In this document: piece by piece, positions 33,358 to 41,841 of the stretch
Layout of the letters: each line of letters begins with the position of its first letter
Numbering within the stretch: the stretch's first letter is position 1
Origin: Planctomycetota bacterium
Lineage (GTDB): Bacteria > Planctomycetota > UBA11346
Length of the DNA: 64,000 nucleotides
Assembly: GCA_038213805.1 (NCBI GenBank)
Contig: JBBQSO010000023.1
Location: forward strand, 1 to 64,000
Direction: 5' to 3'
Notes under the pieces: generated by a model
Seen by the model: only the letters and a program-made list of their open reading frames with translations
The model's database searches: none
Told to the model about the DNA's origin: nothing
Position numbers and translations under genes: made by a program

Positions 33358-34437
33358 TCAGAACTCCAGCGGAGTGCTCAGGAAGGAAATGAACTTCTTG
33401 CCGGCCTGGTACATCTTCGCGCGCTTGATCCCAGACCACGGAGGATTGTCGAAGGACAGCTCGTCGAAGGGCCGCTCGTACTCGCAGATGTCGGTGATTT
33501 GCTTCCACAGCAGGGACAGGTTGCCGGTGGCCGGCGTGGACCAGGTCGAATCGTTGTTGTCCCGAAGATTGGCCGCACTCAGCGCAGTCCCTGTCGGCGG
33601 CAACGCTGCGGCATTAGGCGCCGTCGCATCGACCAGCGGGCCGGCCGCGCCGATCGCGACGTAGAAACGGCGCTCGTACTGGTAGAGCTTGAGCGCTTCG
33701 CGGCGACCCTGGTCGTTCGACGCCGTCGTGCCGGAGGGCGGCGACGTGTCGAGAGGCGGCTGGAAGAAGGCGAAGGCGGCGACCAACGGATTGCCCCAGC
33801 GGTCATTCCAGTTCTGCTTGGGGCTGCGGTCGCTCATGTAGTCCTTGAACAGCTTGTCGCGCGGGATGTTTTCGGCGGCGCGCAGCAGTTCGCGGGTCTT
33901 GAGCGGATTGATGTCACGCAGGTCGTGGCGGTCGGGCTGGTACAATCCGCTGGGGGTGGTCGGCGCCGGCGCTGTGCTGACAATGTCGGCATAGGTTCCT
34001 GAGAAACTGCTGTGCTTCTTACCCCAAGGATAGGGAAAGTGGTATTTGCGCAGGTCGGCCGTCGAGACGTCGAGATAGGCGCTGACAGAGCTCGGAAACC
34101 CGCCGTTCAGGTAAGCCGAATCGATGTTGATGATCTGGGCGATACCCGAGGCATCGAGCGGGTCGGGCTTGTAGGTGAACACTCCGCCAACCGTCTTGTC
34201 GAGGACGTCATTGTACCCCTTGCTGCATTCCTGCTGGAGAACGAACGCCGTCATGCCCTCCTGCTGCCCCTTCTGGCTGAGCCCCATCAGCACGTCGTTC
34301 ATGCGCTGGATGGTCACCGCGCTCTTCGCCGACTCCATGATCGGACCGATGACCACGATCAGCATGCCAGCGAGCACGCCGATGATGGCGATCACCACCA
34401 GCAGCTCGATGAGCGTAAAGGCGCGCGCCGCTCTCAT
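33358..34437 (-). CDS. Prepilin-type N-methylation domain protein
   Basis: RA/FTLIELLVVIAIIGVLA and a GspG-like DRWGNP. Confidence 0.9.
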   Translation of the reverse strand: MRAARAFTLIELLVVIAIIGVLAGMLIVVIGPIMESAKSAVTIQRMNDVLMGLSQKGQQEGMTAFVLQQECSKGYNDVLDKTVGGVFTYKPDPLDASGIAQIINIDSAYLNGGFPSSVSAYLDVSTADLRKYHFPYPWGKKHSSFSGTYADIVSTAPAPTTPSGLYQPDRHDLRDINPLKTRELLRAAENIPRDKLFKDYMSDRSPKQNWNDRWGNPLVAAFAFFQPPLDTSPPSGTTASNDQGRREALKLYQYERRFYVAIGAAGPLVDATAPNAAALPPTGTALSAANLRDNNDSTWSTPATGNLSLLWKQITDICEYERPFDELSFDNPPWSGIKRAKMYQAGKKFISFLSTPLEF

Positions 34438-35651
34438 ATGTCTTCGACTTCCTGGGCCACGTTGTCCTTGGCCCCGTCCATATCGTCGCCCTGCGGCGTG
34501 GTGGTCAGCGGCTTGGGGGTGAGGAGCGGGGTGTCCAAATTGTGGTTGCTGCCGGGATTGAATTTCAGCACACCGTCGGCGCCAGCGCTGATCAGGCGCA
34601 CCCCACCCTTCTGCGAGATCGAGTAGAGGATTTCGTGGCCCCAGGCGTCGTAGACCGCCAGGCCGGGCAGGCGGTACTCTTTATAGACCGGACCGCCGCC
34701 GGTGCCGTGCTTGATGAAGCCCGGCTTCCAGAAGGAGCTGATCTGCGGGCTGCTGTCGGTGGCGGCGTTGGTGTAGACCCGCGCGGCCGTGCTGGTGTCG
34801 AGGGTCGTGGTGCCTTCGATGTTGCGATTCAGGCTCGGCGGCGTGAAGCTGTCGATACCGGACCCGCCCGCGCCGAGGATCGGGTACTTGAAGCGCTTCT
34901 CGTCGGGCGTCGCGGGGTCTACGTCCGGAGCGCTCGCCAAGGCCTTGAGGCTGCTCAGCTCCGCGCCCGCGCCGCTCGCCCCGAAGATGTAGTCGAGGGC
35001 GCGCTTGTTGTCGTAGGCCAGGCCAAAGGTGCCGTCGGCGTCCTGGACATCGGTCGGGTTGGTGGCGTTCGGGAAGGTGGTGTCATTGAACGGACCGCTG
35101 GTCCCGCCGGTGCTATCCGTCACCACCTTCACGGTCTTGCCATAGATATTCGTGGCGGTCAGGGCCGACGGTCCCGGCTTGGGCAGCTGCAGGTACTTGG
35201 TGACCAGCTTCTGGGTCGCCCCCAGGATGCCCATGACCTCGCGCTTGGCGCCGAACAACATCGGCACGCGCGGATCGTTGAAAACGTCGTCATCGGCGAG
35301 AACCTGGGTGATCCCGGCCGCCCCGGAGGCGATCTGGCTGAGGTCGACGCCACGGAAGGCGAGTCCGCTGGTGGACACCGCCGAGCCGTCGAAGGCGCGG
35401 AGGAAGGGGAAGCGCGTCTGGCGCGAGCCTGCGAAGGGATGCTCGGTCGGGCTGACCGAACCGCCGCGGCCGGCGATGGTCAGCTCGATGCCCTTGCGGA
35501 TGGTGGCGATGATGACGCCGGTCTTCTTCTTCTTGGCGTCGCCCCCCAGGCCCATCGCAACCATGACGATCATGCTTGAGAGCACCGCGATGATGGAGAT
35601 CACCATCAGCAGCTCGATCATGGTGAAGCCGCGGCGCGCGGTGATGGTCAT
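34434..35651 (-). CDS. Prepilin-type N-methylation domain protein
   Basis: RRG/FTMIELLMVISII, DAWGHEILY and ISAGADG. Confidence 0.9.
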   Translation of the reverse strand: MTITARRGFTMIELLMVISIIAVLSSMIVMVAMGLGGDAKKKKTGVIIATIRKGIELTIAGRGGSVSPTEHPFAGSRQTRFPFLRAFDGSAVSTSGLAFRGVDLSQIASGAAGITQVLADDDVFNDPRVPMLFGAKREVMGILGATQKLVTKYLQLPKPGPSALTATNIYGKTVKVVTDSTGGTSGPFNDTTFPNATNPTDVQDADGTFGLAYDNKRALDYIFGASGAGAELSSLKALASAPDVDPATPDEKRFKYPILGAGGSGIDSFTPPSLNRNIEGTTTLDTSTAARVYTNAATDSSPQISSFWKPGFIKHGTGGGPVYKEYRLPGLAVYDAWGHEILYSISQKGGVRLISAGADGVLKFNPGSNHNLDTPLLTPKPLTTTPQGDDMDGAKDNVAQEVEDI

Positions 35652-35670
35652 GGGCGTGGGTTCCACGGCG

Positions 35671-36414
35671 TTACAGGTCCTGGAGATTGCCGAGGCCGAT
35701 TTTATAGATGGCGACCGCGGCGACGTATTTGGAATCGACGGTGCAGACGCCGAGCTGGCCGAGGCCGCTGACCGGCGCAGGCGAGAGGCTAGCGCCGCTG
35801 GCACCGGGAATCGAGGGCAGCGGCCCGACGTCGCGCGTGGTGGTGATGTCGGTGGGCGACTGGATGACGAAACCGGTGCGGTACTGGTAGAACCAGCCGA
35901 CGCTCGTGCCCGGTGACATCATGGTGTAGGTGGGAGTGCCAGGGCTGCCACTGACCCCACGGTAAGGCAGCACGTTGCGATTGAACTCGTAGCGCGCGAT
36001 CGGCTTGGCCCTGGCCGGAGTGCTGATGTCGCCGCACAGCTCGCCACCGGCTCCGCCGCTGGTATCGGTGGTCTTCGTCAGCACCGCAGAGGTGTTGGGG
36101 TCGAGAGTGCCGAAGATGACGGTCGCGTAGGCCGGACCTGAGGCCGGCACCACGATGGCCACGCCGTAGCACGACGGCGTGCCGCTGCCGGAGGGCTGCT
36201 GGTGGCTGCGGGCCAACTGGCGCGCCTGCGACGAGGCGCGCATGATGGCATTGGCCGCGTCGTGCACGCGCCCCTTCTTGATCGCCGGGAAGATGCTCGG
36301 CACGGTCATCGCGACCAGCATGATGACGATGCTCACCACCACGATCATCTCGATCGCGGTGAAGCCCGCGGAAGTCGTGCGGCGCCGCGCGGTGCAGTCC
36401 TCAATTCGCAGCAT
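35671..36414 (-). CDS. Prepilin-type (FimT/GspH-like) protein
   Basis: AG/FTAIEMIVVVSIV followed by AANAI..ARQLA. Confidence 0.85.
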   Translation of the reverse strand: MLRIEDCTARRRTTSAGFTAIEMIVVVSIVIMLVAMTVPSIFPAIKKGRVHDAANAIMRASSQARQLARSHQQPSGSGTPSCYGVAIVVPASGPAYATVIFGTLDPNTSAVLTKTTDTSGGAGGELCGDISTPARAKPIARYEFNRNVLPYRGVSGSPGTPTYTMMSPGTSVGWFYQYRTGFVIQSPTDITTTRDVGPLPSIPGASGASLSPAPVSGLGQLGVCTVDSKYVAAVAIYKIGLGNLQDL

Positions 36415-37279
36415 TGTTCTTCCAGCTGGTAATGTCATCGCTGGGCCCCTTGGCGCCGTTCGGGAAGACATCGAGGGGCGCCCCGGTCGAGTCGGCATCC
36501 TGCGCATCGACCATGTTCGGTCCCGCCGACCACACGCCGAAGGACGAGGCGCCGTAGGTCTTCGCGGCGTAGGCGATGCGCAGCGGCTGACCCCACGCGT
36601 CGATGATCTGGTGGCGCTTGTTGACGAACTTCTTGGCGATGGACGGCTGGCACATGTCATAGAAGCCGCTGTAGCCCGAGATGATCAGGTCGGTGTCGAA
36701 GGGGCCGTCGAAGTTCTCGGTCGCGGCCACGCTCGCGTAGTTCGGACTGGTGCCGAAATTGGGTGCGTTCGACGTACTCGAGACCTCGTCCCACGCGGCC
36801 TGCCGCGGCCGGCCATCGATGAAGCGGAACTTGCTCGGCTGGATGGGCACCGCCGGCGGGGTTCCGGCCCCGGGCGGGATCTCACCGGCCGTGATCCTAC
36901 CTGACAGGGTCATATCCGCCGTCAGCGTGCCATTCTGGTTCACCTGCCACTGGTTCATATCCCATAGGTAGGCCGTGCGCAGGCTGCACTGGGGATCGGG
37001 CACGGTGAAGGCGGACCCGGCCCCAGGAACGCGCTGCCGCCACGTCCAGGTGCTCTGCCCATAGGTGGTGATCGCCGCCGACACCGCCTGCACCAGCGTG
37101 GCGGTCGAGCCGATGTAGACCTTGCGCTGGATGACCTTGTACATCGGGAAACCCATCGCCGCGAGCGCGGCGATCACCGAGATGACGATCAGCAACTCGA
37201 TCATAGTGAAGGCGCCGCGGCGCGCTCCCTGGATCGGGGCGTGATGGCGGTTCTGCGGCGCGTTCATGTTCACCCTCAT
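36401..37279 (-). CDS. Prepilin-type N-methylation domain protein
   Basis: GA/FTMIELLIVISVIAALA, DAWGQPL, WSAGPN and DDITSW. ATGA overlap with the upstream gene. Confidence 0.9.
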   Translation of the reverse strand: MRVNMNAPQNRHHAPIQGARRGAFTMIELLIVISVIAALAAMGFPMYKVIQRKVYIGSTATLVQAVSAAITTYGQSTWTWRQRVPGAGSAFTVPDPQCSLRTAYLWDMNQWQVNQNGTLTADMTLSGRITAGEIPPGAGTPPAVPIQPSKFRFIDGRPRQAAWDEVSSTSNAPNFGTSPNYASVAATENFDGPFDTDLIISGYSGFYDMCQPSIAKKFVNKRHQIIDAWGQPLRIAYAAKTYGASSFGVWSAGPNMVDAQDADSTGAPLDVFPNGAKGPSDDITSWKNNAAN

Positions 37280-37836
37280 GCCATCACAATGTGGACGGCG
37301 CCGATGACCAGGGCAACACCCAACACCCGGCAAACCAGGACATCCCCGTCACCCACCGGGATGCGCTTGCGCAGCATGCGCGCCACCAGGCTCGCCTCGA
37401 TCGCCAGCAGCGGCTTGGCGGCGACGAACAGCGCCAGGCCGAGCAGCGCGCCGACCGCGGCGATGGTGCCGACCGGCAGCAAGTCGCGCATTGGGTCGCG
37501 CAGGCACCAACCGGCAGCGATGACGATGCCGGCGATGGCGACCACCGCGACATGACCGATGCTGAGGTGAATCTGGCGACGCGGCGGCGCGGCCGGCACG
37601 CGTGCCATCACCGCGGCGACCAGCCCCGCATCCCCGCGCCGACCGCCGCTGGCGGCCTGGGCACTGGCCCGCTGGTAGAGCGTGCGGGCGCGCAGCAGGT
37701 CGTCGAGCTGCTCAAGGCGCTCCGCGCGGATGCGCAGGACGGGATCGTCGCGCACCAGGCGTTCGAGGCCGGCGGCTTCGGCTGCGCCGAGCTCGCCATC
37801 GCGGAGACGTTGGATGAGGCGGTCTTCCTGGCGCAT
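37276..37836 (-). CDS. Membrane protein with an anti-sigma-factor-like N-terminus
   Basis: LRDGELGAAEAAGLERLVRDDP N-terminus and three hydrophobic segments. Confidence 0.6.
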   Translation of the reverse strand: MRQEDRLIQRLRDGELGAAEAAGLERLVRDDPVLRIRAERLEQLDDLLRARTLYQRASAQAASGGRRGDAGLVAAVMARVPAAPPRRQIHLSIGHVAVVAIAGIVIAAGWCLRDPMRDLLPVGTIAAVGALLGLALFVAAKPLLAIEASLVARMLRKRIPVGDGDVLVCRVLGVALVIGAVHIVMA

Positions 37837-37899
37837 GGGCTTCCTGCGAAAGAGACGTTCCTGGGAATGCGGAACCGGACACCGGCACCAGCCATGCGA

Positions 37900-38394
37900 T
37901 CAGTCGTCAGAATAGGTGTAGACCCCAGATTGGCCAACGGTTTCGGACACTTCCACCCGCAGGCGGCGGACGCTCACGGCACCGAAGGTCTCCTTAAGCC
38001 GGGCATACAGGCTGCGGCCGATCCAGGCGGAGAAGTTTTCGGCCGAGGTGTTGTTGATGGGCAGAACGATGACCTCGGCGGTCGGGGCAAGGTAGCGGCA
38101 TTCGCGGTAGGCGACCTCGGTGTGGCCATCGTCGCGGTGGATGTAGCGCAGTTCGCGGTGCTCGCCGGGAATCAGCCAGTGCTCATCGAGGTGATCGCAC
38201 AGCTCTTTGATGATCGGCTTGACCATCTTGAAATCGATCACCAGGCCGAACTCCGACAGGCTGCCATCGACCTCGCACACCACATGGTAATTGTGGCCGT
38301 GCAGACGCTCCTTGGAGCCATTCGGGAAGATCAGGAAATGTGCACAGGAGAACTTCAGGTACTCCTTGGCGATGTGGATGGACCATTGTTCCAT
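37900..38394 (-). CDS. queD: 6-pyruvoyl/6-carboxy-tetrahydropterin synthase family protein
   Basis: FSCAHF, LHGHNY, IDF, DE, TSAEN and VSET. Confidence 0.88.
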   Translation of the reverse strand: MEQWSIHIAKEYLKFSCAHFLIFPNGSKERLHGHNYHVVCEVDGSLSEFGLVIDFKMVKPIIKELCDHLDEHWLIPGEHRELRYIHRDDGHTEVAYRECRYLAPTAEVIVLPINNTSAENFSAWIGRSLYARLKETFGAVSVRRLRVEVSETVGQSGVYTYSDD

Positions 38395-38404
38395 GGGGGA
38401 CCTG

Positions 38405-38696
38405 TGGCTGATGGCTGATGGCTGATGGCTGATGGCTGATGGCTGATGGCTGATGCCGGCGACACGCGCCGGCATTAGGATGGGGCTGGTGGCAGCGCTG
38501 ATCGCGCCAGCCAACCCAGGACCCGATCCATCAGCCTTCAATCCGGAACGGCCCGCGGTCCGCCCGTGCCCATGATGGCCCCCCATCAATCCTCAACAAG
38601 GCCAACCACCGGTCGCCTCAGGCGAGTGCCATGGGACGGCTCACCACGTCACCCCCCCCACCTCTGCCCTCGACCCAGCAGCCATCAGCCATCAGC
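38405..38696. repeat. Inverted heptamer-array element: (TGGCTGA)x7 ... (TCAGCCA)x2-3
   Basis: Seven exact copies at 38405-38453. Reverse-complement arm CAGCCATCAGCCATCAGC at 38679-38696. Confidence 0.85.
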
Positions 38697-38754
38697 AAGG
38701 GCCCAGCCCTACGCTCCTTGCCCACCCCGCCGCCCCCGCGAACATGCCCCCCGC

Positions 38755-39432
38755 ATGTCCGAGACCGTCAAAGCCCTCTTCGCCAACATCGCACCCCGCT
38801 ACGACCTGCTCAACCGGGTGCTGTCGGCGCGGAGCGATGTGCGCTGGCGCCGCCGCGCCCTGGACCTGGTCGAGGGCCGCCCGGAGTCGGTGCTCGACCT
38901 CGCCTGCGGCACCTTCGACCTCGGCCTGGAAGCGCTCGCCCGCGGCAAGGCGATGCGCGTCCACGGCTGCGACTTCTGTCAGCCGATGCTGGTTGCCGGA
39001 GCGGGTAAGCGCCGTGGCCACCCCCTCTCCGCGAGTGTCGGCGACGCCCTGCACCTGCCATTCGCCGATCAGGCATTCGACCTCGCCATGATCGCCTATG
39101 GCTGGCGCAACTTCAGCGATCCGACCCTGGCTCTGCGTGAGCTGCGCCGGGTGCTGCGCCCCGGTGGCCAACTGCTCATCCTGGAATTCTTCCGGCCGCT
39201 CGGCTGGTGGCCGAAACTGTTCTACGGCACTTTCGGACGCTTCATCTTCCCTGCCGCCGGCGGCGCCCTGGCCGGCAATCCCGGCGCCTACCGCTACCTC
39301 AACGACAGCATCGGGCGCTTCCTGTCCCAGGGCGAGGCCGATGCGCTGCTGCTGCGCGAAGGGTTCGCCCAGACGCGCTGGACGAGCTTCTTCGGCGGGG
39401 TCAGCCATGGGGTCGTCGCGCGCCTGGTTTGA
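38755..39432 (+). CDS. ubiE: UbiE/MenG family quinone C-methyltransferase
   Basis: FANIAPRYDLLN, VLDLACGT, GDALHLPF, RVLRPGG.LLILEF and AYRYL. Confidence 0.88.
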   Translation: MSETVKALFANIAPRYDLLNRVLSARSDVRWRRRALDLVEGRPESVLDLACGTFDLGLEALARGKAMRVHGCDFCQPMLVAGAGKRRGHPLSASVGDALHLPFADQAFDLAMIAYGWRNFSDPTLALRELRRVLRPGGQLLILEFFRPLGWWPKLFYGTFGRFIFPAAGGALAGNPGAYRYLNDSIGRFLSQGEADALLLREGFAQTRWTSFFGGVSHGVVARLV

Positions 39433-39453
39433 CCGCGAGATGGGGTTTGGGAT

Positions 39454-39600
39454 GAGGTGCGGAGCGGGGAGCGGGGAGTGACCGGCAAATTCGGCTGACA
39501 CTCCGTTGACCGGATTCTCGCCCCTTTTCCCTCGCATCACCCCATCCTCCTTGGCACTCCGCACTCCGCACCTCGCACGCCCCACTCTGCACTCCCCGCC
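39454..39600. repeat. Inverted heptamer-array element (GGAGCGG/GGAGTGC type)
   Basis: GAGGTGCGGAGCGGGGAGCGGGGAGTG at the left and GCACTCCGCACTCCGCACCTCGCAC...GCACTCCCCGC at the right. Confidence 0.7.
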
Positions 39601-39641
39601 CGCTTGATCCAAGGTCACGCTGGCCGATCCCAGCCCGCCTC

Positions 39642-41444
39642 CTACGGTCTGACCGCATGCTCATCCTGCTGCTGCGCATCGGCTTCGTGACCCTGGCCAC
39701 GCTCATCGGCTTGACCAGCGGACAGCACTTCTACCACGCCACCCTGGACGGTGTCCTGCCACCGTGGTTCGGGGGAGCGATGGGCTTCGGCGTCTCGATC
39801 ACCCTGATCGCGGGCGAGCACGCATTTCGCCGGCATTTCTCGCGCGGTCTGGTTGGTTTCCTGATCGGTCTGGGTGCCGGCCTGCTGCTGGCGTACCTGC
39901 TGCTCAGCGTGCTGCATCTGGTCATCCAGGATGACACGCTCTACAACAACATCGACCTGCCGGTGGCGCTGCTCACCGTCTACCTGGTGCTGATCACGGT
40001 GCTGCGCAACATCGACCGTCTGCGCGTGGTCATCCCCTTCGTCGAACTGCGCGCGGAACGCAGCGACGAGAGCGGGCTGGTGCTCGACGCCTGGGTGCTT
40101 GCTGATGGGCGGCTGACCGCGCTGATCGCCGCGGGGCTGCTGCCGCGCCGCCTGCTCGTCCACCGCCGTGTCCTGCTCTTTCTCGAAGACCAGGCCAGCG
40201 GCCCTGATGTCGCCCTCCAGACCCGCGCCCGGCGGGCGCTCGAAGCCCTTGCCACCCTGCGCGCGATGCCGCAGGTGCGCGTGGAGATCGACGAGACCGA
40301 GATCCCCAACGCCTCGAGCCTCGCCGACGTGGTCATCCGCCTCGCCCGGCTGGAGAGCGCACGGCTGATCGCCAGCGAGCGCGACATCCTCCAGCGGGCG
40401 GCCGCCGAAGGCCTGGTCGCGATCGACCTCCAGAGCCTGGGCAGCGCGCTGTCGCCGGTGGTGCGTCCGGGCGAGGTCCTGACCGTGGCCATCGACAAGG
40501 CCGGCGAGGGCCGCAACCAGGGCGTGGGCTACCTCGACGATGGCAGCATGGTGATCGTCGCCGACGCCGCCCACCTGGTTGGGGCACGCGTGCGCTGCAC
40601 CATCCTGCGCCTGCACCAGACCGCCAACGGGCGGATGGTGTTCGCGGAGCCCATCGGCGCCGGGGACGGCGCCGGTCCGGAAGTCCGGAAGTCCGGAAGT
40701 ACGGAACAACCAGGGGGAGCACCCCGCGAAAGCCTCAGGCGTCGCCTGGGGGCATGGCGCGGGAGGAACTGGGCCGTCGACTTCCGGACTTCCGGACTTC
40801 CGGACCTCCGGACCCTGGCCGACTTGGCCGGCCAGCCCGGCCAACCCGTCCCACCCCGGCATCGCCGCCAGTTCGCGCTCCAGGACCGCGGTGAGCCGAG
40901 GATCATCGAGCACCAGCGAGGTCTCGCGGTTTGCGACCAGTGCAGAGCGCGTCCAGTTGTGGCTGCCGACCACCGCCCAGCGCGAATCGACCAGCACCAC
41001 CTTGGCGTGGCTGGTGCGCGTCAGTTCATCGAGCAGCACCGGCACCCCGTGCTCCCGCAGCCAGGCGGTGGGCGCCTCGTGCTTGTGCTCGGGCTCCTTG
41101 GTGTCGTAGGTCAGACCCCGGTCGAGGGCCACCCGCACGTCGACACCGCGACGCCGGGCGGCGGCGAGGGCCTCCATCAGGCCCATGACCGGACTGCCGG
41201 GATCGGCGCGGATGACGAACATCAGCACCCACACGCGCGCCTGCGCCCCGGCGACGAGGCGCTCGACGGCGCGCGCATACTCGGCTTCGTGCCCCGGCCC
41301 GCTCAACAGCAGGACAGGCGGGGCAGAGCGGGCGCGGCCGCACCAGCCGACCACGCCGATGGCCAGGACCAGGGCAGTGATGACCGCGGCGCTGCGCTGC
41401 CACGCGGGGCGCGGGTGCAGGTCGACCTGGAGCGGCAGCGCCAT
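39642..41444 (-). CDS. Phospholipase D/Nuc-like single-HKD protein; homologous part is about 41444-40845 and the ORF reads through to 39642
   Basis: N-terminal TM, RRGVDVRV, SHAKVVLVD, GSHNWT and NRETSL. No in-frame stop until 39642. Confidence 0.8.
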   Translation of the reverse strand: MALPLQVDLHPRPAWQRSAAVITALVLAIGVVGWCGRARSAPPVLLLSGPGHEAEYARAVERLVAGAQARVWVLMFVIRADPGSPVMGLMEALAAARRRGVDVRVALDRGLTYDTKEPEHKHEAPTAWLREHGVPVLLDELTRTSHAKVVLVDSRWAVVGSHNWTRSALVANRETSLVLDDPRLTAVLERELAAMPGWDGLAGLAGQVGQGPEVRKSGSPEVDGPVPPAPCPQATPEAFAGCSPWLFRTSGLPDFRTGAVPGADGLREHHPPVGGLVQAQDGAAHACPNQVGGVGDDHHAAIVEVAHALVAALAGLVDGHGQDLARTHHRRQRAAQALEVDRDQAFGGRPLEDVALAGDQPCALQPGEADDHVGEARGVGDLGLVDLHAHLRHRAQGGKGFERPPGAGLEGDIRAAGLVFEKEQDTAVDEQAARQQPRGDQRGQPPISKHPGVEHQPALVAAFRAQFDEGDDHAQTVDVAQHRDQHQVDGEQRHRQVDVVVERVILDDQMQHAEQQVRQQQAGTQTDQETNQTAREMPAKCVLARDQGDRDAEAHRSPEPRWQDTVQGGVVEVLSAGQADERGQGHEADAQQQDEHAVRP

Positions 41445-41510
41445 GGGCTGCCCGCTCAGCTCTCGGCGTCCGCCTCGACCGCGGCCACGGCATCGGGCAG
41501 GCGCTCGTAG
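39657..41510 (+). CDS. PIN/TRAM (YacL-like) membrane protein; homologous part ends near 40655 and the ORF reads through to 41510
   Basis: Four TM segments, VLD..VLADGRL, PGEVL, QGVGYLDDGSMVIV and QTANGRMVFA. No in-frame stop until 41508-41510. Confidence 0.85.
   Translation: MLILLLRIGFVTLATLIGLTSGQHFYHATLDGVLPPWFGGAMGFGVSITLIAGEHAFRRHFSRGLVGFLIGLGAGLLLAYLLLSVLHLVIQDDTLYNNIDLPVALLTVYLVLITVLRNIDRLRVVIPFVELRAERSDESGLVLDAWVLADGRLTALIAAGLLPRRLLVHRRVLLFLEDQASGPDVALQTRARRALEALATLRAMPQVRVEIDETEIPNASSLADVVIRLARLESARLIASERDILQRAAAEGLVAIDLQSLGSALSPVVRPGEVLTVAIDKAGEGRNQGVGYLDDGSMVIVADAAHLVGARVRCTILRLHQTANGRMVFAEPIGAGDGAGPEVRKSGSTEQPGGAPRESLRRRLGAWRGRNWAVDFRTSGLPDLRTLADLAGQPGQPVPPRHRRQFALQDRGEPRIIEHQRGLAVCDQCRARPVVAADHRPARIDQHHLGVAGARQFIEQHRHPVLPQPGGGRLVLVLGLLGVVGQTPVEGHPHVDTATPGGGEGLHQAHDRTAGIGADDEHQHPHARLRPGDEALDGARILGFVPRPAQQQDRRGRAGAAAPADHADGQDQGSDDRGAALPRGARVQVDLERQRHGLPAQLSASASTAATASGRRS
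40674..40814. repeat. Inverted octamer-array element (CCGGAAGT)x3 ... (ACTTCCGG)x3 + ACCTCCGG
   Basis: Arms at 40677-40700 and 40780-40811 with inverted outer ends GGT/ACC. Same unit as the 60719-60910 element. Confidence 0.9.
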
Positions 41511-41809
41511 ACGGGCAGGATCTTGGTCAATCGGGTCATGCGCAGCACGGTTGCGACGCTCGGTGCGGGCTCGGCGATGACCATACGCCCGCCAGAGATG
41601 CGCACCCGGTTGACCACGCCGATGAGCAGGGCGATGACCTCGGAGCCGAGCGCGGGGATGGCGCTCGCGTCGATCACCCAGCGCCCGGCGGGATTGGCGG
41701 TCACGCGCGTGCTCAGCTCATCGACGACGCGGTCGATGAAGGCGGGCTCGCCGACCGACACCGACCAACGCATCACCCGCACCTTGCCAACCATGGTCTC
41801 AGTCCACAT
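41456..41809 (-). CDS. STAS domain anti-sigma factor antagonist
   Basis: VIDAS....GS..I..L and V..VLRMTRLTKILPVYE...DAV. Confidence 0.8.
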   Translation of the reverse strand: MWTETMVGKVRVMRWSVSVGEPAFIDRVVDELSTRVTANPAGRWVIDASAIPALGSEVIALLIGVVNRVRISGGRMVIAEPAPSVATVLRMTRLTKILPVYERLPDAVAAVEADAES

Positions 41810-41841
41810 GTCACGCACTTTCGGCTGGAATGCGGCCCAGG

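Noticed and set aside
37900..38394. 7-deazaguanine DNA-modification (dpd) island
   Set aside because: queD stands alone, with no queC, queE, folE or dpdA-like gene in the window.
38405..38453. CRISPR array or a coding extension of queD (ISHQPSA repeats)
   Set aside because: The 7-nt units have no spacers and no cas genes are present. QueD homology begins at the ATG at 38394.
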